The translations under genes were made by a program, and so were the position numbers. Shown here in pieces: positions 47,620 through 56,086 of a stretch of DNA of 56,112 nt. The first letter of the stretch is position 1. Each line of letters opens with the position of its first letter. Under the pieces are notes generated by a model that ran no database searches, was not told where the DNA came from, and saw only the letters and a program-made list of their open reading frames with translations. Source of the DNA: an uncultured Christensenella sp. (lineage in GTDB: Bacteria > Bacillota > Clostridia > Christensenellales > UBA1242); contig CAZVVP010000003.1 in the NCBI GenBank assembly GCA_964630515.1, positions 1 to 56,112 of the forward strand. The letters run 5' to 3'.

Positions 47620-48555
47620 ATGGACAATAACGAAATCTTTCATAATCTTACAATTAAGGATAATAAAAAATTAAAAAACTTAAGATTAGGTTTTAGGATG
47701 TTAGTTGAGGAATGCTTTTCTGACTTAATTAAAACTGAACCAGTATTAATGGAAAAATACAAAATTCAATACTATTACTTTGATAATTTTGAATTAGGTA
47801 CTAATATAGAAGAGGAAAGTATTAATACTTTATTCGTAGAACTTAAAGATACAACTCAAGAAACTAATAGCCAAGATATGAGAAAAAAATCACTACAAAA
47901 TATTAAGAATCATTTATTTAACTTATTAGTTAGCAAAAGTTCTAAAGAAACTTTGCTTTGGCGAACAAAAAATTTTATTCATTATAGATATTATGAAGAC
48001 TTTTTAAAAAATACTAATAACACAGAAGTAAAATCAGAAAAAGTTGAAGATATTAACAAATCTTTAAATAATACAGATAATGATAGAAAAATTTATCAAT
48101 TTAGAATAGTTGTTGGTGAAAACTACAAAAATACAGAAAAAAATCTATATGGGATTAGGTACTATGCAAACAATAGTAATGAGGTAAGTATCAAATATCC
48201 AAAGTATGCTATGGAGTACTATGCATACAAAAACTATATTACAAAGAATCTATATACAGAATATGTAAATCTATTTAAAAAAATTATGCTTGAAGAAAAA
48301 GCACAAGAAATTAAATTTGAATTAATAGAAACTATTATTTATAATTTACCAAATAATTTATTTGATAAAAAAATAACAATGAATTCTATAAGAAATATTA
48401 TAAATTATTTGAGGAATAATCCAATAAATAATTATAAATCCTTGGATAATCAGAGCTATGCATTTTTGTCACAAAATACAAATCTAGATATCTTCGAATT
48501 AAAGCACTGTATTAAAACATTTGAAAATTATTACAAAAGAACAAACATTAATTAA
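47620..48555 (+). CDS. hypothetical protein; possible degenerate nucleotidyltransferase-fold (SMODS/MNT-like) protein
   Basis: 311-aa ORF with SD aggggaaa, own promoter and strong terminator. ELGTNIEEESINTLFVEL sits where G[ST]-x(9-12)-D-x-D would lie, but both Asp are absent. The C-terminal ELIETIIYNLPNNLF resembles the helix motif of those families. Assignment is from memory only. Confidence 0.6.
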   Translation: MDNNEIFHNLTIKDNKKLKNLRLGFRMLVEECFSDLIKTEPVLMEKYKIQYYYFDNFELGTNIEEESINTLFVELKDTTQETNSQDMRKKSLQNIKNHLFNLLVSKSSKETLLWRTKNFIHYRYYEDFLKNTNNTEVKSEKVEDINKSLNNTDNDRKIYQFRIVVGENYKNTEKNLYGIRYYANNSNEVSIKYPKYAMEYYAYKNYITKNLYTEYVNLFKKIMLEEKAQEIKFELIETIIYNLPNNLFDKKITMNSIRNIINYLRNNPINNYKSLDNQSYAFLSQNTNLDIFELKHCIKTFENYYKRTNIN

Positions 48556-48575
48556 ACATTCATAAAAAAGTACCT

Positions 48576-48613
48576 AACTTTTCGCAAAAGTATAATTTTG
48601 CGAAAAGTTTTTT
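48576..48613 (+). terminator. rho-independent terminator
   Basis: Perfect 14-bp stem aacttttcgcaaaa / ttttgcgaaaagtt, 6-nt loop, then tttt. Confidence 0.85.
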
Positions 48614-48702
48614 CGTGTGTATTTTTGTATTGCCCTATTAATTTTTTATATCGTTATCAAAAAACTAATGATTCAAATTAAATATTTATAAATAAGTTTT
48701 TA

Positions 48703-49365
48703 TCACATTTCCAAAAGATAGCTATAATTTTTCAAATCTTTTCTATTTTTTTTCCAGCTAGGCATTATACTTGCAATTATTTGATAAAATTTTGAAGAAT
48801 GATTAAATTCAAATAAATGTGCTAATTCATGAATAACAATATAATCAATTATGTTATGAGGAAGCATGATAGCCTTATAATTGATAATTATATCCCCTTT
48901 TTTAGAACAACAACCCCACCTAGCTTTATAGTTTTTTACTGAAAAAGAATTATAATTAATTTGCATTAAATTGGCAAAATACTCCATTCGCTGACTTAAA
49001 ATAATTTTTGCTTGTTCTCTATAAAACTTTTGCATTTTAACAATAAAAACTTCTTTTTCCCACGGAATTGGATAAATGATTTCATTGTTACAAATCTCAA
49101 TTTTTTTTATTCCTGCGATTTGTCTAGCTGTATATTTCTTACCTAAAATTAAAAAAGCATCATAATTTTTAATATCATAATTAAGTAAATTATTTTTTTT
49201 AATTTCATTCAAATGCTTATTTATCCAATTCTCTTTCTCATTTACAAATTCAAAAATTCTTTCTAAAGGAAGTTTTCTTGGAGCTCTTACAACGACTTCA
49301 CCTGCTTTGGATATCGATAGAGAAATGCTTCTTCTATTGGTTCTAATTATACAATCAGGTTTCAT
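48703..49365 (-). CDS. YgjP-like zinc metallopeptidase (DUF45 / M48 family)
   Basis: HELAHLFEFNHSSKFY (HExxH...H) near the C-terminus, typical ~220 aa length, strong SD GGGGGAAG. Confidence 0.8.
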   Translation of the reverse strand: MKPDCIIRTNRRSISLSISKAGEVVVRAPRKLPLERIFEFVNEKENWINKHLNEIKKNNLLNYDIKNYDAFLILGKKYTARQIAGIKKIEICNNEIIYPIPWEKEVFIVKMQKFYREQAKIILSQRMEYFANLMQINYNSFSVKNYKARWGCCSKKGDIIINYKAIMLPHNIIDYIVIHELAHLFEFNHSSKFYQIIASIMPSWKKNRKDLKNYSYLLEM

Positions 49366-49422
49366 TATAACTTCCCCCTATTTCTCAAAAATCAACTAAA
49401 GTACTAAGTTTTTAGCTATTTG

Positions 49423-49443
49423 AATACTACTTTGCATAGTATT
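49423..49443. promoter_or_regulatory. inverted repeat AATACTA-N7-TAGTATT, candidate operator
   Basis: Perfect 7-bp arms. The right arm is part of the 13-nt TTTGCATAGTATT, which repeats at 49462-49474. It abuts the palindrome ATTATATAAT (49441-49450), which offers TATAAT on both strands. Confidence 0.35.
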
Positions 49444-49478
49444 ATATAATAATAAATTAAGTTTGCATAGTATTTCGT

Positions 49479-49508
49479 TTGACTTATTCTGTCATTTTTT
49501 TATATACT
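49479..49508 (+). promoter_or_regulatory. sigma-A type promoter for PadR-fusion gene
   Basis: TTGACT, 18-nt spacer, TATACT. Confidence 0.45.
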
Positions 49509-49588
49509 ATTAAAAATATAATATTTTTTTACTATAGTATATCAAACTTATAAAATATTATAAAGTAATTTTCTACATGGAGAAACAA

Positions 49589-51448
49589 ATGGCTAAACGC
49601 TCAAGAAGAACAACCGCTACAAGAGGTTCTGTTAATAATATAATACTAGAATCTTTGTATTCTGGCAGTAAATATGGATATGAAATAATTAAAGAAATAG
49701 AAGAAAGGACTAATGGCGAAATCGTTTTAAAACAACCTAGTCTTTATAGTAGTTTGAGTAGGTTTGAAAGTAAAGGTTTTGTTTCTTCTTCGTGGGCTGA
49801 TAGTGAATTGGGAGGAAGAAGACATTATTATGAACTTACCGATAAAGGTAAATCTTATTATGAAAATAACGTTCTTAATAAGAAAGCTATGTACGAATTC
49901 TTAAATGATGACTATGACTTCTCTATGCACAAGTTATCAAATCAAGATTTTGCAGATGATGAAGAATCTATAGATGATGACACATCTTCTGAAGAAAACT
50001 ATGATTATGACGTTTCAAATCAAGATGAAGAAAATTACAATTCTTACAATAAATACTCATTTAGTGTTGAAGATAGAATCAATTCTTTATTAAATGATGA
50101 AGAAATTCATGATACTTATATTGAAAGAGATCAAAATATAGAAGATGATACTTTTGATAGCTACAAAGAAGAAATGGAAGAAGATAATTCCTACTCCCCA
50201 GTTGATGAAGAACTTGATAACCCAGGCTTTGATAAAGAAATTGCAGAAGAAAGCGATACTGCTTATATTGATAAAAGTTCTAGCTTTGAAGATAATATTA
50301 GATATACTCATAACTTATCTAAAGAAATGGCCAATGTATATGACTCCCTAAAGAACAAACCTCAACAAGAAGAGAATAATAATCAGTATTATACTGATAA
50401 TCAAAAGAAAATTGAATCAATGAATATTTTGTATGGTAATTCCCCTCAAGTTGAAGAACAGGTTCACCAATATGTATTTACAGAAAGTTCTCCTAAATAT
50501 TATATCGATGAAAATGGGATAACTAAAAAATATGTCCAAAAGCCTGAGCCTGATCAAACTCATACTCTTATATCTAACAACTATAGACAATATGGCAATA
50601 CATCATCTCAAACAAATATGTTCAATTCTTCGGACTTTGAAGAAATTATGAGTAAAAGCACCAAAACAAAGAAAACCAACAATGTATATATTGAAGAAAT
50701 TGAACTTTCTGATGAAGAGATTTCAAGAAAAAATCAATTATTTAAAGAAAAGTTTGATAGTATCGTAGACAGTAAATATGGTAAAATTTCAAACGAAGCA
50801 GAAGAATATGAAGACAATTTTGAAGAAGACACAAATTTTATTGTCAAAGATGAAGAAGAATTTGTTGATATAGACAATAATGATGATGAATCTTATTACT
50901 TTGCTTATAACAAAGAAGAACCAGAAGAAACTGAATACAAAATCAAAGAAGATTTAAAAATTTCTGAATATAACAACGAAAATACTGAATTTTCACATCA
51001 ATTAGATAGTAATAGTAAATATATCAAAATAAATAAAGCAAATTTCCTTTTTGGTTTTATTATGCTATTAGTTATGGTTGTAGAAATGACTACCTTACTA
51101 TTTATATTAAAGTCAAAAGTAGACCTAATATCAATTGACTATACCCTATTTATTTTATCTTTTGTTATCATTTTTATTGTTTGTGCTATATTTATTATTC
51201 CATTTTTCTTTAATCCTAATAAGCGAAAACTCAATACTTTTAAATTAAGCTATTCATTAATCTTAGGAGTTTTAAGTTTCTTGGTTTTAAGCACCTTGAC
51301 TTATGCAGTTAATTCTTTTATAGGTTTCGATATTAATAATATTCAATATTTTTATGCTAAACTATTAGTTCCAATTATTCTTTCAGCTAATTTTATAATT
51401 GGACCTATAATCTACAAACTAATTAATATTAATCAAAAACTATATTAA
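49589..51448 (+). CDS. PadR-family winged-helix regulator fused to acidic linker and C-terminal 4-TM domain
   Basis: The N-terminus (NIILESLYSGSKYGYEIIKEIEERTNGEIVLKQPSLYSSLSRFESKGFVSSSW...RRHYYELTDKG) is a PadR signature. About 380 aa of D/E/N/S-rich sequence follow. The last ~135 aa hold four hydrophobic helices. ATG 49589 has GGAG 7 nt upstream. Confidence 0.8.
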   Translation: MAKRSRRTTATRGSVNNIILESLYSGSKYGYEIIKEIEERTNGEIVLKQPSLYSSLSRFESKGFVSSSWADSELGGRRHYYELTDKGKSYYENNVLNKKAMYEFLNDDYDFSMHKLSNQDFADDEESIDDDTSSEENYDYDVSNQDEENYNSYNKYSFSVEDRINSLLNDEEIHDTYIERDQNIEDDTFDSYKEEMEEDNSYSPVDEELDNPGFDKEIAEESDTAYIDKSSSFEDNIRYTHNLSKEMANVYDSLKNKPQQEENNNQYYTDNQKKIESMNILYGNSPQVEEQVHQYVFTESSPKYYIDENGITKKYVQKPEPDQTHTLISNNYRQYGNTSSQTNMFNSSDFEEIMSKSTKTKKTNNVYIEEIELSDEEISRKNQLFKEKFDSIVDSKYGKISNEAEEYEDNFEEDTNFIVKDEEEFVDIDNNDDESYYFAYNKEEPEETEYKIKEDLKISEYNNENTEFSHQLDSNSKYIKINKANFLFGFIMLLVMVVEMTTLLFILKSKVDLISIDYTLFILSFVIIFIVCAIFIIPFFFNPNKRKLNTFKLSYSLILGVLSFLVLSTLTYAVNSFIGFDINNIQYFYAKLLVPIILSANFIIGPIIYKLININQKLY

Positions 51449-51453
51449 AAGTA

Positions 51454-51485
51454 AAATAGGAAAATAAACTTTTCCTATTTTTTTA
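51454..51485. terminator. bidirectional terminator between convergent genes
   Basis: 11-bp stem aaataggaaaa / ttttcctattt with 5-nt loop, A-run before and T-run after. It overlaps the stop codon of the - strand gene. Confidence 0.7.
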
Positions 51486-52332
51486 TACTTACAAATAAAC
51501 TCTTTATTCTTTTATTTTTCTTAAAAAGCATAATTATTAACACTATACTGATTATTAACACTAATAAAGCAAATATTATTCCAGTAATGCTATCTAATTT
51601 AAAAATGGCTCCCCCACCTAAGAAACACATTATAAATATACTTATAGGTCTAATCGTTGTGGAAATTATAAAAAAATCTTTAAACCTCATAGAAGAAATT
51701 CCTGCAACCATGCAAAACAAGTCATCAGGAAAAAAAGGAAAAATAAAGACTATTCCTAGAATATATTTTCCATTATTTTGTAGGATCCTAGAATATTTGT
51801 TAATATTATGTTCACCTAAAATCCAACTAACAAATTTGTATCCAAAACTTTTTCCAATCATAAAAGAGATATATGAACCAACAAGAACACCAACTGTGCA
51901 ATAAACAAAAGTAAGCAATGGTCCATAGATTACAAGGCCCACCACCAACAAAGCTACTGCAGGTATGGGCAAAAATACAACTTGAGCAATTTGTATTAAG
52001 ATAAAAGTAAGAGTTCCTTTGTGACCAGTTGATAATATTAATTCTTTTGTCGCTGTTATTGATGAAAAATATTTTAACAAATCATATTGATATAAAACAT
52101 TGTATATAAGGATAAAAAGCGAAAGTCCATAAACTATAATAATTAATATTTTATAAACTACCTTAGGCAATTTCTTTTGAAACACTATCAATATCCCATC
52201 TAATAACAATATTACAAAAACAGAACCATATATTATAGCTTGATTTAAATCAGTTACTTTAAATATAAACAAAAATAACAACAAAAAAAATACTGGTAAT
52301 CCATAAACAAAAAATTTTTTAATGTATTGCAT
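51475..52332 (-). CDS. TVP38/TMEM64 (DedA-related) family membrane protein
   Basis: Polytopic membrane protein carrying the FPFFPDDLFCMVAGIS motif typical of the family. Confidence 0.75.
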   Translation of the reverse strand: MQYIKKFFVYGLPVFFLLLFLFIFKVTDLNQAIIYGSVFVILLLDGILIVFQKKLPKVVYKILIIIVYGLSLFILIYNVLYQYDLLKYFSSITATKELILSTGHKGTLTFILIQIAQVVFLPIPAVALLVVGLVIYGPLLTFVYCTVGVLVGSYISFMIGKSFGYKFVSWILGEHNINKYSRILQNNGKYILGIVFIFPFFPDDLFCMVAGISSMRFKDFFIISTTIRPISIFIMCFLGGGAIFKLDSITGIIFALLVLIISIVLIIMLFKKNKRIKSLFVSIKK

Positions 52333-52393
52333 ACTTATCTTTAACCTGCCAATCTATAATAATTTATATTATTAAATATAAATAAATATGATT

Positions 52394-52421
52394 TTGCAAA
52401 AAATAAACTATGTGCTAAAAT
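52394..52421 (+). promoter_or_regulatory. sigma-A type promoter for ABC operon
   Basis: TTGCAA, 16-nt spacer, TAAAAT preceded by TGc. Confidence 0.5.
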
Positions 52422-52460
52422 TATATTAAATATAAAATTTTTAATAAGAGAGATAGAAGA

Positions 52461-53408
52461 GTGTCAAGACCAATACTTTCTGTAAAAAATTTGACTAAAT
52501 TATTCAATAAACATTTAGTTATTAATAATGTTTCATTTGATGTTTACGAAGGCGAAGTTTTAGGTTTATTAGGTCCTACCGATTCTGGTAAGTCAGCAAT
52601 ACTTAGAGCTTTATCAGGCGCTTTAGTCCCAACAAATGGAGACATACTTGTAGACGATATCAGTTACAAACAGAACTTCACTGAAGCTATAAAAAATGTA
52701 ACTGGTTTTATTAATTTACCTAAATTGTATAATAATTACTCTGGTTTAAAAAATATGCGAATACTAACCTCTTTGAGAGGAAATTTCAGTGATGAAGTTC
52801 TGAAAAATGTGGCAAAAATTACAGGAATAGAAACTGAACTGCATAAAAAGTTAAATAAATATACTAAAGCTGAAAAACAGAAATTATTAATTGCTATCTC
52901 CCTAGTTTCTAAGCCTAAAGTAATTTTGCTTGACGACCCTTTTGTTGCATTGAACGCAGAAGAATTAAAGGCATTACAAGATTTAATTAAATTACTTGCA
53001 TCTAAATATAAAATTGCCTTTATCCTATCAAGTCAAATGTTAGGCTTAATGGAACAAGTATGCCAATCAATCGCAATAATCAATAGTGGTGCAATACTTG
53101 AAATACGTAATATGGACGCCTTAAGGTTAGAAAGTGACAAAAATCAAAAATTAGCGATTACAGTGGATTATCCTAATTTTGCTGGAAAAATTATTTTAAA
53201 TGAATTTAACTGTAAAGTTCAAGTCTGTGGAAATAAGATTTTAGTTTATAACACAGAAGAATATTTACAAAAAATGCTAGAGCGTTTAAAAAATTATAAT
53301 ATATCAATTTTTCATGTAGAAATAATCAAAAAATCTTTAGAACAATTATTAGAAGAAGTTCTTCAAAGAAAAGCAATGAACAAATCTTGGGTTGAGGAAT
53401 ACAGATAA
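52461..53408 (+). CDS. ABC transporter ATP-binding protein with degenerate catalytic motifs
   Basis: Walker A GPTDSGKS is intact. The signature reads YTKAEKQ instead of LSGGQ. Walker B is ILLDDP (Glu to Asp), the D-loop is ALN, and the H-loop is SSQ (His to Gln). GTG start. Confidence 0.8.
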   Translation: MSRPILSVKNLTKLFNKHLVINNVSFDVYEGEVLGLLGPTDSGKSAILRALSGALVPTNGDILVDDISYKQNFTEAIKNVTGFINLPKLYNNYSGLKNMRILTSLRGNFSDEVLKNVAKITGIETELHKKLNKYTKAEKQKLLIAISLVSKPKVILLDDPFVALNAEELKALQDLIKLLASKYKIAFILSSQMLGLMEQVCQSIAIINSGAILEIRNMDALRLESDKNQKLAITVDYPNFAGKIILNEFNCKVQVCGNKILVYNTEEYLQKMLERLKNYNISIFHVEIIKKSLEQLLEEVLQRKAMNKSWVEEYR

Positions 53409-53411
53409 AAA

Positions 53412-55445
53412 GTGTCAAAACTATATAATATTGAATTTAGAAAAACATTAAAAAAACCTATTTCAATTATTGGAACTTTTTTGTTAATACTATTAATGAT
53501 AGCATTAGCATTCTCTTTTAATCCTGTAAAAGTGGTTGAAAACAAAGAAACTGATACTCCTACTCTTAATATTTATGATGAATATATTGACGAAATAAGC
53601 CCAGCAATTCAACAAACAATTAATGAAACGAAGAATATTATTAATTATTACAATGCATTAAAAACAAGACAAGACAAACTTCAAGAATTGACAAATTCTA
53701 TTAATATAGAATTTGAAAATCTTGAAATCGTCAAAACGAAAGGAAATAACGATGAAATTAACGAACAAGGCTCAATTATATTTGATAGCTTAAAAGAGTA
53801 TACTAATCTCCTTGCTACTTTCCCTGACATGAGCCATATTGATTACATTTACAATATTTCTGTATATGATGATTATGTCAATAATATGTATTTCACTAAT
53901 ATGAGAGAATGGACTAGCCATATAGAGACTTTCGTTAACAATAATAATGAGAATTTGGGCAATCAAGTATATACCCTGCTAGTTACAAATAATTTTAATA
54001 CAGTTTTGGAAGAGAGCTTAGATATTGCTATTAATTTTATTAATTATACTTTAACTAATCATTACAACAAAATTACACAAAACTATAATATTTATAAAGA
54101 ATATATTAATAGTTCAACAAATGCAACTTTCCGCTATGTTCAAGCTAATAATAATTTAGAAAAATTAAAGACCAATATATATGATTTTGAGAAATTATAT
54201 AGCCAAATTATGGCATACGATTATGATATAATAATCACCAAACAAGAAAATATTGATTCAATTTCTAATTCTTTAATTATGTTAAATGAAATTTTATCAA
54301 CAACAGGTCAATTAACACGCGCAGAACATCAAGAAATGTTAAAGCAGTTATCAAGTACAAGCTTTATTTCGGTAATAAAAAACTTCAATGAAAATCTTAC
54401 AATAGTTGCTCCGGATAACGAAATTGTTTTAGATTTAAATGAATACATTACATTATCTGAAGAAAATTATAATACTAACGAAAAAAATATAATAAGCTCA
54501 TACGAATCAAATGATTCGTTAAATTTACAAAAAAATATAAACAAACAAGTTTATTTAGCAGAATCTTTAATTGAACTTATTAATGATACTATAAATATCG
54601 CTTGTTACGAAGAATATAGCATATATGAAAGATATATCGATAATAATCAAATTTACGACGCAAATTGCGGAATTACATTAGCAAAATATTATATTACTAA
54701 TAATAATTACCCTACTGATGTTATAAACAATTATCAATTTAATTATCAAGTAAATGAAAAAATTTCTTGTTATGATTACATAATATTTGCATTAAAAATT
54801 GCAACGATTGCCATAATATTAATACAAGCAATTAATATCTGTAGCTCCATATCTGGCGAAAGAAAAAATGGTAACTTAAGAATGCTATTAATGTCACCAA
54901 ACAAGAGATCAACAATTTTTAACTCTAAATATTTTTCCATTATTTCTTCTACACTTCTAATGTTCGTAATTTCGATAATTACTTCTGGAATTACTGGAGT
55001 TTTAATTTTTGGAGAAGAAATAGGTCAAATAATTACTGTATTTAACGCTACTACAGTTATAGAAATAGAACCAATAATGGCGATATTGATTAATTTTATT
55101 TTTCAAATTTTGGAATGTATATCGTTTATAAGTTTATTCTGGATTTTCTCTATCACCATTAAAAATTTTGCTCTATCCACATCATTATCAATATTCAGCT
55201 ATCTAGCTTGCATTGGATTATCAAAGATTAACTGGAATATTTTATCAATCTTCCCTTCAAATAACTTCAATTTAAACAAATATTTTTATTCAAAAACATA
55301 TACTAGTAATAATATTCTAAACAAACTATTCGACCCTACATCTTATTCAATACAAAATTTTTATTTAAGTTTAATCATCACATTAATATTTATAATTGTA
55401 ATGTATTTGATAAACATAAAGGTATTCAAAAAGAAGTCATATTAA
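53412..55445 (+). CDS. ABC-2 type permease with ~430-aa loop between TM1 and the C-terminal TM bundle
   Basis: TM1 is IIGTFLLILLMIALAFSF. A long N/Y/I/E-rich soluble region follows, then 5-6 TM helices from about aa 455. GTG start 4 nt after the ATPase stop. Confidence 0.75.
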   Translation: MSKLYNIEFRKTLKKPISIIGTFLLILLMIALAFSFNPVKVVENKETDTPTLNIYDEYIDEISPAIQQTINETKNIINYYNALKTRQDKLQELTNSINIEFENLEIVKTKGNNDEINEQGSIIFDSLKEYTNLLATFPDMSHIDYIYNISVYDDYVNNMYFTNMREWTSHIETFVNNNNENLGNQVYTLLVTNNFNTVLEESLDIAINFINYTLTNHYNKITQNYNIYKEYINSSTNATFRYVQANNNLEKLKTNIYDFEKLYSQIMAYDYDIIITKQENIDSISNSLIMLNEILSTTGQLTRAEHQEMLKQLSSTSFISVIKNFNENLTIVAPDNEIVLDLNEYITLSEENYNTNEKNIISSYESNDSLNLQKNINKQVYLAESLIELINDTINIACYEEYSIYERYIDNNQIYDANCGITLAKYYITNNNYPTDVINNYQFNYQVNEKISCYDYIIFALKIATIAIILIQAINICSSISGERKNGNLRMLLMSPNKRSTIFNSKYFSIISSTLLMFVISIITSGITGVLIFGEEIGQIITVFNATTVIEIEPIMAILINFIFQILECISFISLFWIFSITIKNFALSTSLSIFSYLACIGLSKINWNILSIFPSNNFNLNKYFYSKTYTSNNILNKLFDPTSYSIQNFYLSLIITLIFIIVMYLINIKVFKKKSY

Positions 55446-55458
55446 AACTTAAATTCAT

Positions 55459-55503
55459 AAAAAAAGATATAATTTGGATTAAGTCCACAATTATATCTTT
55501 TTT
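55459..55503. terminator. bidirectional terminator
   Basis: Outer stem aaaagatataatt / aattatatctttt plus inner stem tgga / tcca, flanked by A-run and T-run. Lies between the convergent permease and rnhA. Confidence 0.8.
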
Positions 55504-55945
55504 AACCTTTATATTTCATTATTTCCATTCTTGCCAACTCATCACATCTATTATTATAGACATTATCAGAATGCCCCTTTACTTTAACCCACTTCACAGA
55601 ATTATGTCTATCAATTGCTTTTAGCAGACTCAACCACAACTCTTTATTTTTTACTTCTTTTTTATTTGCATTTTTCCAATTATTTGCTTTCCAATTATCT
55701 ATCCAGCCTTCTTCAAAAGCATTCATTGTATATGCACTATCGGTATAAACAGTAACATCACAAGGCTCTTTAATTTGATTTAACCCTTCAAGTACAGCTG
55801 TAATTTCCATTTGATTATTGGTTGTGTTTGGATTAACGCCAGAAAACTCTTTAGATTTATTCTTATAAAAAAGAATAAACCCATACCCACCAACACCTGG
55901 GTTACCAGAACACGCACCATCAGTGTACAAAATAATTTCTTTCAT
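55502..55945 (-). CDS. rnhA: ribonuclease HI
   Basis: YTDGACSGNPGVGGYG, TNNQMEITA, TDSAY and KVKGHSDNVYNNRCDELA (DEDD catalytic set); SD AGGTGA. Confidence 0.93.
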   Translation of the reverse strand: MKEIILYTDGACSGNPGVGGYGFILFYKNKSKEFSGVNPNTTNNQMEITAVLEGLNQIKEPCDVTVYTDSAYTMNAFEEGWIDNWKANNWKNANKKEVKNKELWLSLLKAIDRHNSVKWVKVKGHSDNVYNNRCDELARMEIMKYKG

Positions 55946-56039
55946 TTAATCACCTAGCTTAATTTTGCAATTTATTTTAATATAATTATATCAAATATAA
56001 AATAGATAAAAAAATAAATTAATTAATTTTATTAAATAA

Positions 56040-56068
56040 TTGACAAATATTATGAAAAACTATTTATT
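56040..56068 (+). promoter_or_regulatory. possible promoter for downstream tRNA
   Basis: TTGACA (56040-56045), 17-nt spacer, TTTATT; about 20 nt before the tRNA 5' end. The -10 is weak. Confidence 0.3.
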
Positions 56069-56086
56069 AATATAGTAATTAATTAT

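Noticed and set aside
46462-49365. Integrated mobile element or prophage remnant around the tyrosine recombinase.
   Set aside because: I saw no flanking direct repeats, no tRNA target, no excisionase, and no phage structural or replication genes. The recombinase has Xer-like length and motifs and sits in a lexA context. I kept only the weaker note that this stretch has accessory character.
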